Counted from the first letter of the stretch, positions 38,393 to 49,405 are shown. The stretch: DNA of 64,000 nucleotides from a virus (IMGVR_UViG_3300032330_001609:5975-69974); one strand, 5' to 3'. The notes: generated from the sequence alone by a model not told the origin. Numbers and translations: made by a program.

Positions 38393-39505
38393 TTATATTA
38401 CATAAATTTGTCTTGGCATCGCTCTGAACTTTAATTGTTTGTTTAAATTCTCAGCTAATAATGCCTCACGTTCCATCATTTTATCAGGACGTAATCTTTC
38501 AAGTCTTAATTTTAATTCCTCCTCAAGTTTTGATTTTTCATCAGCCCCTTCAGTTGCTAATGACGCGTAATCCATAGTTAATTCACTATCCGGTGTCTTA
38601 ACGTTACCACTAAATTTACCACGAACTTTCGCTAGTGTTTGTTTACAATAAGCGGTGAACCAACGACGAACCCATTGTTGTGCGGGATTATTCAAATCAA
38701 CCCAATTTATTTCTTCAAAAGGAACATCAGAAGGTAATGTAATAATGTCCGGATTTGCTTTCAAACATTTATCTCTGTCAGCAGGTCCAACATCATAATA
38801 CCAATACCATACTTTACCTCTTGTTAGGGTTGCATTTCCAAAATCAAATTTACCACCCGGAGTATTCATTAAATGTAATGCCTTTTTACCATCAGGTAAA
38901 GCGGTAATTCTATAAGTTAAATCACCGGCAATAATTCTTCGTTGAATGTTAATCTCTTGCATTCTTAATAACATATCAAATGCTGGCATCATAAAGAATG
39001 AACCTGACATACCCATTTGAGAGAATCCTCCCGGACCACCTAATCCACCGGCACCTAAAGCACCAAACGTCCAAGGGTCAAATAATAAGTTATTAAGTTC
39101 TGCGGGTGTAAACCATAAAACTTCATTTATTTCTCTGTTAGCCGGTATTTCATAGATTTGTTGACCTCTAACTAGTTGAATATAATCTTTTTTAAGTTCC
39201 CATTCCCCACCGGCTTGTAGTCCAACAATTTTGGAATAAGCATAAGTGTATCTTGTTTCAAAATCTAAACTTTTAGTTATAAAAGCTTTTGATAATGATT
39301 GTGTATCTAAATTAAGGTTATATAATGAAGTCCATTGGGACTCAATTAACCAATCTTGTACATACTGAGAATAATCACCAATAGATAATTCTAATAAACT
39401 ATCCATCATTTCGTCTTCAAGTTCAACAGAACGAAGAGGTGCACCAAGTAAGTGTTTAATTCTTGTATATAAAGCGGTTCTGTGTGGTTCTGCGATTACT
39501 GCCAT
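38393..39505 (-). CDS. Neck/head-completion protein (T4 gp13-like)
   Basis: RIKHLLGAPLRSVEL N-terminus; WVRRW..A..K..L..VRGKF C-terminus. Confidence 0.8.
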   Translation of the reverse strand: MAVIAEPHRTALYTRIKHLLGAPLRSVELEDEMMDSLLELSIGDYSQYVQDWLIESQWTSLYNLNLDTQSLSKAFITKSLDFETRYTYAYSKIVGLQAGGEWELKKDYIQLVRGQQIYEIPANREINEVLWFTPAELNNLLFDPWTFGALGAGGLGGPGGFSQMGMSGSFFMMPAFDMLLRMQEINIQRRIIAGDLTYRITALPDGKKALHLMNTPGGKFDFGNATLTRGKVWYWYYDVGPADRDKCLKANPDIITLPSDVPFEEINWVDLNNPAQQWVRRWFTAYCKQTLAKVRGKFSGNVKTPDSELTMDYASLATEGADEKSKLEEELKLRLERLRPDKMMEREALLAENLNKQLKFRAMPRQIYVI

Positions 39506-39530
39506 ATAGATTTGTGTTTCTATATAAATA

Positions 39531-40415
39531 TCAGCTAAGACTATAAATTAAATTTTCCTGAGGAAAAACAAAATTACCATTAACAATTTTAGAATTATGG
39601 TTATCAAACACTAAAATTTCTTTATTATTCTTGGAGAAAATTAATAAGTCAGTTTTATATTTCTTAACATTACCGGCACCCATAACATAAGTTACCCCAT
39701 CTTCAGTTTTCATATGAGTAAATGGTTTGATTTGTCCGGTTTTTAATTCACCATCAATATTAATCTCACAATCAACACCACCAATCATATCTTCACTACT
39801 TCCAAGTTTTCCAACAGCTGTTACGTTGTCATCACCAAATTGTTTTTTAAGAACCTCAACAACAGAATCTTCTCGTTTTTGACCCCAAGCGTGAGTTTTA
39901 CCCAATACCATCATAAGAGATTGAAACGTTGAGGAATCAGGATTAAAAATTCTTGTTTTAAATTCATAAATAATATTAACAAATTGTTTAACTTTATTGA
40001 TTTGACCAAACATATCTGTATTTTCAAATGAGATTGGTTCTTGTTTTTTAGATACTAAAACTTTGTTAACATCTCTAAGTAACACACAAAAACAATTATA
40101 GTTTGTGTTTAATTTGTTAATGACTGAACGACCCGGTTGTTCTAAATCATATATTCCCGACATTTCTCCTTCAGAGTAACCACCTTTAGCATAATAGTTG
40201 TCAGGAAAAACTTCTCGTAAGACATTGTTAATTGAGTTTTTGAAGATTTCTTTAACACGAGGATTTGTGTTAAATAATTGTCTAATTTCTTCTACTTTAG
40301 ATGGGGAACACTTTTCGGCTTTGGATTCGGATAACACTAATGTTACTTTTTTCTCCACATCATTCTTGTTGATTTGTTCAATAATTAAATCAACTTTTTT
40401 TTCTAAATTTTTCAT
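39531..40415 (-). CDS. Hypothetical protein with possible C-terminal PD-(D/E)xK nuclease-like domain
   Basis: G..RE...EDMIGGVD...QIKP pattern. Confidence 0.5.
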   Translation of the reverse strand: MKNLEKKVDLIIEQINKNDVEKKVTLVLSESKAEKCSPSKVEEIRQLFNTNPRVKEIFKNSINNVLREVFPDNYYAKGGYSEGEMSGIYDLEQPGRSVINKLNTNYNCFCVLLRDVNKVLVSKKQEPISFENTDMFGQINKVKQFVNIIYEFKTRIFNPDSSTFQSLMMVLGKTHAWGQKREDSVVEVLKKQFGDDNVTAVGKLGSSEDMIGGVDCEINIDGELKTGQIKPFTHMKTEDGVTYVMGAGNVKKYKTDLLIFSKNNKEILVFDNHNSKIVNGNFVFPQENLIYSLS

Positions 40416-40453
40416 ACTAGGCTTGTTTTAATATAAATATGTAAACAACCGAT

Positions 40454-42259
40454 TTACCCTCGGTTGTTTATCTTATTCATAATGTTTGCAATAAAATCAC
40501 CACTCTCTTCTAAATTGTCACCCATTACGGTTCCAATATTTTGTTTCTTTTCATTCACCATATCGTAAATTATCCCCTCAATTGAGTTTTCAAAGATTGG
40601 ATAATAAACTGAAACAGAATTCTTTTGTCCATATCTGTAAGCTCTATCTTCCGCTTGTGCTAAATCACCCGGAACAAATGATAAGTCATTTATTATCACC
40701 GCCTCGGCAGCGGTTAAAGTGATTCCAACACCGGCAGCTTTCACGTTACCGACAAACACTGTTATCTTTTCATTCTCTTGGAATTGGTCAACGGCATATT
40801 GTCGTTGAGGTTTTCCTGTTGAACCATCTAATCTAACGGCTTGTTTTCCGAAATGGTCTGCAATTCTGTTTAATGTTTCAGTAAAGTTGGTAAAGATAAT
40901 AACTTTTTTCCCTTGTTCCAAAATATTTTCAGCTAATTCTATGGTATCTTTAATTTTTTCTTCGGCAATTACTTGACGAACTTTCATTAATTTACTGAAT
41001 TGAACGGTTAAAGACGTTGATTCATCAGGGTTTTTATTATACCAATCATAATATTCTCCCATTAACCCTTCATACAGTTTTGATTTTAATCTTAGATAAA
41101 CCGGTGTAATAATTTTTTCAGGTAAATCTAAAACGTCAGTTTTTAATCTACGTAAAACTTGTCTTGATGTTCGGTCTCTCAACTCTTCCAAGTTTGATGC
41201 CCCGGTTACGTTCCAAATTTTTCTTTTCCCTGCGGTGAATTGATATCCTTGACAATATCTAATTGCATAAGCCATCCAATTTTGGGCGACAGGACTTTCA
41301 ATAATTGATAATAGGTTGAAATAGTTCATTGGTCGGTTAGTCATCGGTGTACCGGTTAATAACCAAACTCTTTCACATTTTTTAACAAAACTATTAACCA
41401 ATTTTGTTCTTGCAGCGGTTCCATTACTTACATAATGTGCCTCATCCAAAATAATTAAATCAAATTCACCTTTGGTAATTAAAGAATTCTCTTTATCTTT
41501 TAGGTCATAGAAGTTTTTAAGAATGTCGTAATTAACAATCACAAAATCGTGTTCATTTGACCAATTTTTACTCTCAGAAATATAAACACTTCTATCGGAA
41601 TAGTTTTCAATCTCACGTTGCCAGTTGATTTTTAACGATGCCGGACAAATTATAAGTATTTTTTTAGCCCCCGTCTCTAACGCAGCAATAATGGTTGAAG
41701 TGGTCTTACCCAATCCCATATCATCGGCAAGAATAAATCTTTTAGAACCGGCTAACTTCTCAATAGCTTCTTTTTGATGTGTTAGTGGTGGTCGGTGTGA
41801 ATACTTATCGTAATCAATTTTCATATCCTTTACGGTATGAGTTTTAATCAAAGCACCTTTAGGTAACCAAAATTCGTGGATGGTTTCTCCCTCTAAAATT
41901 TTACCCCAAATGTGATATGACTTGTCTTTCTCGACTAATAGCTTTTCAACCCATATCTGTTCAGGAATTTTAAGTAGTAATTTTTCATCGGCAATCTTTT
42001 TGGCAAAGTAAGGGTCTAAATCTACCCACCTTTTGGCTACCTTTGGTGTGACTTCATAGTAATTTGTTATATAATCACATTGAGACCGTGTAGGAAAAAA
42101 TCTTTTGTTGGTCTCTTTTTGATGTTTTAATTTAAGGATATAGTTATTTGCCCCTTGATAAGTTTCAAGGAGATTTAACGCTCGTTGTTCTATAGTTAAA
42201 TTAGAATTTTCAGATATATTGTTTTCCAAATTTAATCTTTTTATAGAAATATAACACAT
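40454..42259 (-). CDS. SNF2-family helicase (SMARCAL1/HARP-like); exact start uncertain
   Basis: LADDMGLGKT, DEAH, LTGTP..N, RRLK, G.G.TL, QAEDRAYRYGQ. Confidence 0.93.
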   Translation of the reverse strand: MCYISIKRLNLENNISENSNLTIEQRALNLLETYQGANNYILKLKHQKETNKRFFPTRSQCDYITNYYEVTPKVAKRWVDLDPYFAKKIADEKLLLKIPEQIWVEKLLVEKDKSYHIWGKILEGETIHEFWLPKGALIKTHTVKDMKIDYDKYSHRPPLTHQKEAIEKLAGSKRFILADDMGLGKTTSTIIAALETGAKKILIICPASLKINWQREIENYSDRSVYISESKNWSNEHDFVIVNYDILKNFYDLKDKENSLITKGEFDLIILDEAHYVSNGTAARTKLVNSFVKKCERVWLLTGTPMTNRPMNYFNLLSIIESPVAQNWMAYAIRYCQGYQFTAGKRKIWNVTGASNLEELRDRTSRQVLRRLKTDVLDLPEKIITPVYLRLKSKLYEGLMGEYYDWYNKNPDESTSLTVQFSKLMKVRQVIAEEKIKDTIELAENILEQGKKVIIFTNFTETLNRIADHFGKQAVRLDGSTGKPQRQYAVDQFQENEKITVFVGNVKAAGVGITLTAAEAVIINDLSFVPGDLAQAEDRAYRYGQKNSVSVYYPIFENSIEGIIYDMVNEKKQNIGTVMGDNLEESGDFIANIMNKINNRG

Positions 42260-42277
42260 TTCTCAATATTTATCAAT

Positions 42278-43039
42278 ATGAATCAGTTTATCCTATATAA
42301 TTTGTCTTGCCCGATTACTAATGAAGTAAAATATGTTGGTATTACAACGCAATCAATTAATGATAGGTTATTACAACATCTAAGAAGACCAACAAACTAT
42401 ATGATGAAAAAATGGTTAAGTTCTTTATCAAAAAAAGGGTTAAAACCAAATATTAAAATTATTAAAGAATGTCTTAGTTATGAAGACTTATTATTGTCTG
42501 AAATAAATGAAATAAAAAAATGTAAAGATAGTGGGTATATTTTATTAAATATATCTGATGGTGGAGATGTTAACCCAATGTTGGGTAAATCACATAATGA
42601 TGAATCTAAAAAAATTATGTCAGAAAAGGGTAAATTAAGAGTTGGTGAAAAAAATAGTTTTTATGGTAAAAAACATTCGGAGATTTCTAAAATTAAAAGA
42701 AAAAATACTATAAAATTAAACGGTGGATTTGACGGTAAAAATAATTCTAATTATAAATATGATATTGATAAAGAAGTTTTGAAGGATTTATATCTTAACC
42801 AAAATAAAACAATACTTGAACTATCTATAATTTATAATTGTCATATTAATACCATAAATAAAAATTTGAGAACGTATAACATTTTCAAACAAAAGTCAAA
42901 CAAATACAATTTAGACATAAGTGAGATAGTTCAACACTTAAATAATGGGTTAAACTATGTTGAGATTGGTGAAAAATATGGTTGTAATAATAAGATAATT
43001 CATAAATTTGTTAAAAAAAATAATTTATATGTTAAATAA
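42278..43039 (+). mobile_element. Free-standing GIY-YIG homing endonuclease with NUMOD3 and HTH repeats
   Basis: ILYNL...KYVGIT...RL.QH, E...I, LLN...GG, MLGKSH/FYGKKHSE, two C-terminal HTH-like repeats; more AT-rich than neighbours. Confidence 0.85.
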
Positions 43040-43544
43040 TAAAGTACCCATCACTAGAATTGGTAAATTTTTTGGTGATGAAGATTTTAACTTAGAATTG
43101 TCATTTGGAACCGAATGGTTACACGGGGATATGAACTTTACATTAGTTCTATATCGTGTTGACAGAGTTAAAACAAAAACTGATGATGTTTATGGTGAAT
43201 CTGTATCTGATGGTATTAAATTTTTACCCCCTGTTGAATTCAAAGGCTACGTTCAAATTATGGCACCTGAGAACAAATATTTGGGGACATCTAAAATAGA
43301 CCAAATGGAACCGGGTAACTTAAAAGTATCTGTTTATCAAAGAGATTTGGATAATTTGGAAGTTGATATCAATTATGGTGATTACATTGGTTACTATGAA
43401 ACAGAAGATAGAGTAAGATATTACACAGTTAATAATGACGGTCGTGTTACTTCAGATAATAAACATACTTATGGTGGGTTCAAACCGTTTTATAGAACAA
43501 TTATGGCTTCACCGGTTACAAATAACGAATTTAGAGGTCTATAA
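43029..43544 (+). CDS. Neck/head-closure protein (T4 gp14-like); likely start ATG 43029
   Basis: DDVYGE, F..PVE, GDYI motifs; position in the neck module. Confidence 0.65.
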   Translation: MLNNKVPITRIGKFFGDEDFNLELSFGTEWLHGDMNFTLVLYRVDRVKTKTDDVYGESVSDGIKFLPPVEFKGYVQIMAPENKYLGTSKIDQMEPGNLKVSVYQRDLDNLEVDINYGDYIGYYETEDRVRYYTVNNDGRVTSDNKHTYGGFKPFYRTIMASPVTNNEFRGL

Positions 43545-43954
43545 TGAAAGTAATAATTACAGAAAATAGAGTATTTGAGACAATATATAGGTATCTTGAT
43601 AAGAACTTTAATCCAAATCAAATGGATTGGGTTTATGGTATAGGTGAAGATGATGAAGGATACCCGGATATTGATAGTGAAAATGAAAATTTTTTAATTT
43701 TCTTTAAGGGTGATTGGCAAGGTGAATATGATTCTGATATGGTCTTCCATTACTTTGAAAAAGAATATTATGATAGATACTCTTCATTCTATAATCAAGC
43801 CCCAATTTTGGAAGTTATTGGTGAGTACGCAAAACATTTAGATACAATGTTTGATAACCATTGGGAAGAACCGATGAAAAAATGGTTCCAAGACAATTTT
43901 AAGTTACCGGTTAAAACAATTTCAACTTATTACGATTATGAAGATTATAATTAA
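43544..43954 (+). CDS. Hypothetical acidic protein with MKVIITE leader
   Basis: ORF, translationally coupled (TAATG). Confidence 0.7.
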   Translation: MKVIITENRVFETIYRYLDKNFNPNQMDWVYGIGEDDEGYPDIDSENENFLIFFKGDWQGEYDSDMVFHYFEKEYYDRYSSFYNQAPILEVIGEYAKHLDTMFDNHWEEPMKKWFQDNFKLPVKTISTYYDYEDYN

Positions 43955-44471
43955 CGAAACACAATATAAAAAACTATTGGAAACTGTCACAAATAAAGAA
44001 GTAATTTGTGACAACTGTGGTTGGTCGTGGGATTTAGCCGACGGTGGTAATGACCCGTTTATTTGTCACAAATGTGGACACGACAATGAAGAGAAAAAAC
44101 ATATTGGTAAAAGAGTTATGGTTTATTATAATCTACATAAACACACTTTTTCAATTCAATATAAATCAAAAGTTATTTTACATACTGATTATGTTAAATT
44201 AAATGATGTTGAATTTAGAGTTAGACCGGGTGGTAACGAAAAAGTTGGTAGAGAAAAAAAGAAAAATGTTCACGCGTTTGTTATTGGTAATTTAGTGGAT
44301 TACTGTGAATATCCTTGTCAAAATATCCCTAGTGAACCAAATGATAATATTGTTACTTATGACCCATACAAATATAAAAGTTTTGTTGTTAAATCAACTA
44401 ATGAACCAATATTTGACGCTAACGAAGTAGAAATGATAAATTCAAAAAATAAAATCTTTATAATTAACTAA
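43938..44471 (+). CDS. Hypothetical protein with MKIIINE leader, Zn ribbon and a second phage domain
   Basis: CDNC...CHKC; VYYNLHK..FS, KKNVHAFV.G. Confidence 0.75.
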   Translation: MKIIINETQYKKLLETVTNKEVICDNCGWSWDLADGGNDPFICHKCGHDNEEKKHIGKRVMVYYNLHKHTFSIQYKSKVILHTDYVKLNDVEFRVRPGGNEKVGREKKKNVHAFVIGNLVDYCEYPCQNIPSEPNDNIVTYDPYKYKSFVVKSTNEPIFDANEVEMINSKNKIFIIN

Positions 44472-44472
44472 T

Positions 44473-45510
44473 ATGCCGTTACCTAAAAAAATCAAAAAAT
44501 TCATTCCTTTGACGGAACCCAAAACTCTTATGGGAAGAAGGGAAGAATTGTTGGAAAAAATCAATAGAGATGGAACTTACCTTCCAAAATCTTTATTGCA
44601 CAATGATTTGGATAGAGGTATGTTAGATTTTGTTAGAGATTCACTTAAAACGGTAGTTGAAGGTAAAGTTATTCCAACGGTTGATATTATTATTACAACA
44701 CAAAATTGGTCTCAGTTTATGGAAACTTGGAAGTTTCAAAATGTTGATAAAAATGTTGAACCCCCATTTATAACTACAGTTAGACAACCCGAAGTTAAAT
44801 TTGGTACCAATCCTGCTGTAATGTATAACATTCCGGACAGAAGATTATATTTCTATGCTCAGGTTCCAACGTGGGACGGACAAAGACAAGGTATGGATAT
44901 CTACAAAATACCTCAACCTGTTCCGGTTGATATTACCTATAATGTTAAAATTGTTTGTAATAGAATGAGAGAGTTAAATAAATTTAACCAAATTGTTCTT
45001 GAAAAATTTGCGTCCCGTCAAGCGTATCAAAATATTAAAGGACATTATATTCCTATTGTAATGAATAATATATCAGATGAATCCGTAATGGAACTTGAAA
45101 AAAGAAAATATTATATTCAGACTTATGATTTTACAATGTTAGGATTTTTAATTGATGAGGATGAATTTGAAGTTTCCCCAGCAATCAATAGAGTTTTACA
45201 GGTGGTTGAAATGGAATTAAATTCCACTAAAAGACGACCAAAAAAAGACGACAACCCGGCAAGTACCGAATTAAAGTTTATTTACCAAGTTGGTAGTTAT
45301 GTTAAAACTCAATTGTTTAACTACACCGTAAACCTAAACGTGGGGGATAATACCAATATACAAAGTTTCGATGTGTTCATCAATGGTCTTTACTATGGTA
45401 GTGATTTAACCCAAATTCAAATAAATACAAATGATACTATGAGGATTGAAATAACTAAGAATGATGATTCTCAAGAGAGTACTATTCTATTTAATAACGA
45501 GTTACTTTAA
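44473..45510 (+). CDS. Tail terminator/completion protein (T4 gp15-like)
   Basis: PVPVDITYNVKI...NQIVLE motif; immediately upstream of the sheath gene. Confidence 0.65.
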   Translation: MPLPKKIKKFIPLTEPKTLMGRREELLEKINRDGTYLPKSLLHNDLDRGMLDFVRDSLKTVVEGKVIPTVDIIITTQNWSQFMETWKFQNVDKNVEPPFITTVRQPEVKFGTNPAVMYNIPDRRLYFYAQVPTWDGQRQGMDIYKIPQPVPVDITYNVKIVCNRMRELNKFNQIVLEKFASRQAYQNIKGHYIPIVMNNISDESVMELEKRKYYIQTYDFTMLGFLIDEDEFEVSPAINRVLQVVEMELNSTKRRPKKDDNPASTELKFIYQVGSYVKTQLFNYTVNLNVGDNTNIQSFDVFINGLYYGSDLTQIQINTNDTMRIEITKNDDSQESTILFNNELL

Positions 45511-45671
45511 TCTTCTCCGTAGATATCTTTCTTCGGTTTACATTTCTCAACAATAAGTCTTTCCAAGAACCGGTACATTTTAATACCCCTCTTTTCGCAA
45601 TAGGTTTTAAGAATCTCGTGTGTTTCCACAGATATCTTTAAATTTTTAATCTTTTTGATGTCTTTATCCAT
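45507..45671 (-). CDS. Small ribbon-helix-helix-like DNA-binding protein, 54 aa (not in the ORF track)
   Basis: MDKDIKKIKNLKISVETHEILKTYCEKRGIKMYRFLERLIVEKCKPKKDIYGED; has its own TATTTATA at 45707-45714 (minus). Confidence 0.75.
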   Translation of the reverse strand: MDKDIKKIKNLKISVETHEILKTYCEKRGIKMYRFLERLIVEKCKPKKDIYGED

Positions 45672-45792
45672 AAGTAGAAAAAAGGCAGAAAATAATCTAC
45701 CTAAAATATAAATAGTTACTTAGAAGTAAAGTATTTTGGTTTTTTTGGTAATATTTATCAATAAAAATAAATTAATAACTAAACAAAGACTA

Positions 45793-48700
45793 ATGGCAAC
45801 AAGTAGCAACAGTAAAGTATTCGTATCTCCGGGTGTGTATACTTCAGAAGTTGATTTAAGTTTCGTAGCACAGAGTGTGGGTGTAACCACATTAGGTATT
45901 GTTGGTGAGACCATAAAAGGTCCTGCTTTTGAACCTATCTTCATACGTAACTTTGATGAATTTTCAACTTTTTTTGGAGGAACATCTCCTGAAAAATTTA
46001 TAAATACGCAAATCCCTAAATATGAGGCGGCGTATATTGCAAAATCATATTTACAACAATCTAATCAATTATTTGTAACAAGAGTATTAGGTTTATCAGG
46101 ATATGACGCGGGACCATCTTGGTCTATCACAACTAAAGCTAATGTAGATTGTACAACAGTTGATTTCAAATGTACCAGTGCAACAACAGTTGATTGTGTA
46201 AACACTTGTGTTGATTTTGAAACTTATGATTTCTCAATACCATTTACAGGATGTACATATACTGCGGACGGTATAACAACAACAACTGTAGGTATAACGG
46301 ATGCAGGTTCAATTCCGTCACAAATTTCAGGTATCCTAAATGAACAATTTGAATTATTTAACGGTAGTACATCAACAATTAACTCATACTTAACAAGTCA
46401 AATGGTTGGTGTTGTTGAAACACCAAGTACTTCAGGTAGTTCAGTATATTATTATGGTTCTATTTCAGGTGATGTATATAATCAATTAGTAGCAAGTGGA
46501 TATACAGGTTCAACAAACGTTTATGGTGTTGATAGTGTATGTTCTGATTTGAATAACTATTGTGCAGCACAAAATGACCCTTGGTATTATTCATTATTTG
46601 ATAATATTGGTGGTGGTAATTATTCAGGTAGTTCATTCTATACTATTGTAACTGATTTGGAAGAAACTACGACATCATCTAGTTGTGCTACTTTCTATAA
46701 CTTCAGTGTAAGTGGTATTTCAGGTAGTATCAATTATAATAACTTTACAATTGATGTTGTATTACCTTATAATGATTTCCAAAATGCTGATTTAACAACA
46801 GTTATTGCTGATTTCAGTGCTTGTACAGATTCTATTATTGTAGTAGAAACTGATGAATTACAAGTAAGTGGTGAAACGGAAAATAATTTCTCAGGTACTT
46901 GTTTAACTTACAGATTAGTATCACAAGATACTAATGTGGTTAATGATTTTGTTGTTTGTGTAACAATTCAAAATCAATGTGACCCAATTAATAGTGGTAA
47001 TACAGGTAATCATAATGTTGGTGGTATCCAAACTTGTTACCAAGGTAATTTAACCGGTACATTATATGTATACGATGGTATGGCATATACTGATTATGAT
47101 GATTTAGTAATCGCAACATTCCGTTCAAGAGGTATTTCTACTTATTCGGCAACACAATCAGGTCCTTTATATGAAGTTAATTTAACAGGTTTAACAATGG
47201 ATTGTTCAGGTTCTTATTCAGCGGTAACTAAAAATCCATTTGCACAATTTGGAATTGATATTGTTGATAAGGATGGTAATAACTATTTCTTTGAAACTTC
47301 ATTTAGAAACTCAGATTCTCAATATATTTCAAAAGTATTTGGTACAAGTAACTTCGCAAAACCAAGAACTGTTGTTCCAATCTTTGTTGAAGAGAATTTT
47401 CCAGCATTATTACAATACGCATACAAAAAAGGATATATTAGAGGTTTAAGTTGTTCAACAATTAATTTACCACAAGCAAGAGATTTAGAACAAGATTCTA
47501 TTGCGTGGTACTTAGAACAATATCAAGCACCTACATCTCCTTGGGTAGTATCAGAATTAAGAGGTAATAAAGTATTTAACTTATTCAAATTTGTTACAAT
47601 TGCTGATGGTGATTCTGCAAATGAATTAGTTAAAATTTCTATGGCTAATATGTCATTTACTAACGGAACATTTGATGTATTGGTGAGAGATTTCTTTGAT
47701 ACTGATGCTAATCCGGTAGTTATTGAGAAATTCACAAACTGTAATATGAACCCTAACGATAATTCATTTATCGCTAAGAAAATTGGTACAGTTGATGGTG
47801 AATACGAATTGAATTCAAAATACATTATGGTAGAAATTAATGAGGATGCACCGATAGATGCGTTACCTTGTGGTTTCTTAGGATACAATAATAGAGAATA
47901 CTCGGGTGTTAAATCACCATTCCCAATTATAAAATCACACTATGATTATCCGGGTGAGATTATTTGGAATCAACCTTTTGGAACTTCAACAGGTGTAGAT
48001 GATGCTTTAGCGTCTCCGGGTGATAATGTTCGTAGAACTTATTTAGGTATTTCTGATACATTAGGTATTGATTACAGTATTTTTGAATACAAAGGTAAAC
48101 AAAACGTTATTAGTCCTTGTGACACATCAGGTAGTGATTGGGCATTTAGAAGTAGAGGTTTCCATATGGACGTAAACGCTAGTGGTATTACAATCCCAAG
48201 TACTTTTACAACAAGTGGTACACCAGCATTCTATACAGGTATTTCACCATTCGTTACTGACCCTGTTAGTGAAACTAACCAATATTACAGAACATACGCA
48301 CGTAAATTCACGTTATTAGTTCAAGGAGGTTTTGATGGATGGGATATCTATAGAGAAAGTCGTACTAATACTGATAGATTTAAGTTAGGTAGAGCAGGTT
48401 ATTTAGCGGGAGCTAATCCTGATTGTAACCCAAGATATGGTACTGCAACCGGATGGGGAGCATTTAATCAAATCGCTGTTGGTGATAACACTCAAGATTG
48501 GGCAAACACTGACTACTACGCATACTTATTAGGTCAAAGAACATTCGCAAACCCTGAGGCTGTTAATATTAACGTATTTGCAACACCGGGTATATCAATC
48601 CAAGTTTCAGGTGACTTAGTTGAATCTGCAATTGAAATGATTGAATATAGTAGAGCGGATTCGTTGTATGTTTGTACTTTAGATGATTATAATATGTTCG

Positions 48701-49398
48701 TACCATCAACAGGTGACCCGAATGATTTATATTACCCACAAGATGTTGTTGATTATTTAGATAACACAGGTATTGACTCTAACTATACCGCTACTTACTA
48801 CCCTTGGGTATTAACTAGAGATAGTGTTAATAACACTCAAATCTATTTACCACCAACTGCTGAGGTTACAAGAAACTTGGCGTTAACTGATAACATCGCA
48901 TTCCCTTGGTTCGCGGCGGCAGGTTACACAAGAGGTATTGTAAACGCTATCAAAGCGAGAAAGAAACTTACTCAAGAAGATAGAGATACTCTTTACCAAG
49001 GACGTATTAATCCAATTGCGACTTTCTCTGATGTTGGTACAGTAATTTGGGGTAACAAAACTCTTCAAATTAGACAATCGGCTCTTGATAGAATCAACGT
49101 AAGAAGATTATTACTTCAAGCTCGTAAATTGATTTCTGCGGTATCTGTAAGATTATTGTTTGAACAAAACGACCAAAAAGTAAGACAAGACTTCTTAGAT
49201 GCGGTTAATCCTATCTTAGACGCTATTAGAAGAGACAGAGGTTTATATGACTTCCGTGTAACAGTTTCGTCTGACGCAGCTGATTTAGACAGAAATCAAA
49301 TGACAGGTAAGATTTACATCAAACCAACTAAATCATTAGAATTTATAGATATTACATTCTATATCACTCCAACAGGAGCTTCTTTTGAAGATATTTAA
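45793..49398 (+). CDS. Contractile tail sheath protein with large insertions (likely start ATG 45793)
   Basis: FVSPGVYTSEVD, GPAFEP, YYPW, WFAAAGYTRG, LY..RINPI, WGNKT, RINVRRLL, PTKSLEFI. Confidence 0.95.
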   Translation: MATSSNSKVFVSPGVYTSEVDLSFVAQSVGVTTLGIVGETIKGPAFEPIFIRNFDEFSTFFGGTSPEKFINTQIPKYEAAYIAKSYLQQSNQLFVTRVLGLSGYDAGPSWSITTKANVDCTTVDFKCTSATTVDCVNTCVDFETYDFSIPFTGCTYTADGITTTTVGITDAGSIPSQISGILNEQFELFNGSTSTINSYLTSQMVGVVETPSTSGSSVYYYGSISGDVYNQLVASGYTGSTNVYGVDSVCSDLNNYCAAQNDPWYYSLFDNIGGGNYSGSSFYTIVTDLEETTTSSSCATFYNFSVSGISGSINYNNFTIDVVLPYNDFQNADLTTVIADFSACTDSIIVVETDELQVSGETENNFSGTCLTYRLVSQDTNVVNDFVVCVTIQNQCDPINSGNTGNHNVGGIQTCYQGNLTGTLYVYDGMAYTDYDDLVIATFRSRGISTYSATQSGPLYEVNLTGLTMDCSGSYSAVTKNPFAQFGIDIVDKDGNNYFFETSFRNSDSQYISKVFGTSNFAKPRTVVPIFVEENFPALLQYAYKKGYIRGLSCSTINLPQARDLEQDSIAWYLEQYQAPTSPWVVSELRGNKVFNLFKFVTIADGDSANELVKISMANMSFTNGTFDVLVRDFFDTDANPVVIEKFTNCNMNPNDNSFIAKKIGTVDGEYELNSKYIMVEINEDAPIDALPCGFLGYNNREYSGVKSPFPIIKSHYDYPGEIIWNQPFGTSTGVDDALASPGDNVRRTYLGISDTLGIDYSIFEYKGKQNVISPCDTSGSDWAFRSRGFHMDVNASGITIPSTFTTSGTPAFYTGISPFVTDPVSETNQYYRTYARKFTLLVQGGFDGWDIYRESRTNTDRFKLGRAGYLAGANPDCNPRYGTATGWGAFNQIAVGDNTQDWANTDYYAYLLGQRTFANPEAVNINVFATPGISIQVSGDLVESAIEMIEYSRADSLYVCTLDDYNMFVPSTGDPNDLYYPQDVVDYLDNTGIDSNYTATYYPWVLTRDSVNNTQIYLPPTAEVTRNLALTDNIAFPWFAAAGYTRGIVNAIKARKKLTQEDRDTLYQGRINPIATFSDVGTVIWGNKTLQIRQSALDRINVRRLLLQARKLISAVSVRLLFEQNDQKVRQDFLDAVNPILDAIRRDRGLYDFRVTVSSDAADLDRNQMTGKIYIKPTKSLEFIDITFYITPTGASFEDI

Positions 49399-49405
49399 TA
49401 AATAA

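Noticed and set aside
35067-42259. Inteins or introns in polymerase or helicase
   Set aside because: Motifs are contiguous; no C...HN splice signatures or LAGLIDADG blocks seen.
45736-45792. N-terminal extension of the sheath protein
   Set aside because: Contains the promoter motif; the conserved sheath N-terminus begins after ATG 45793.
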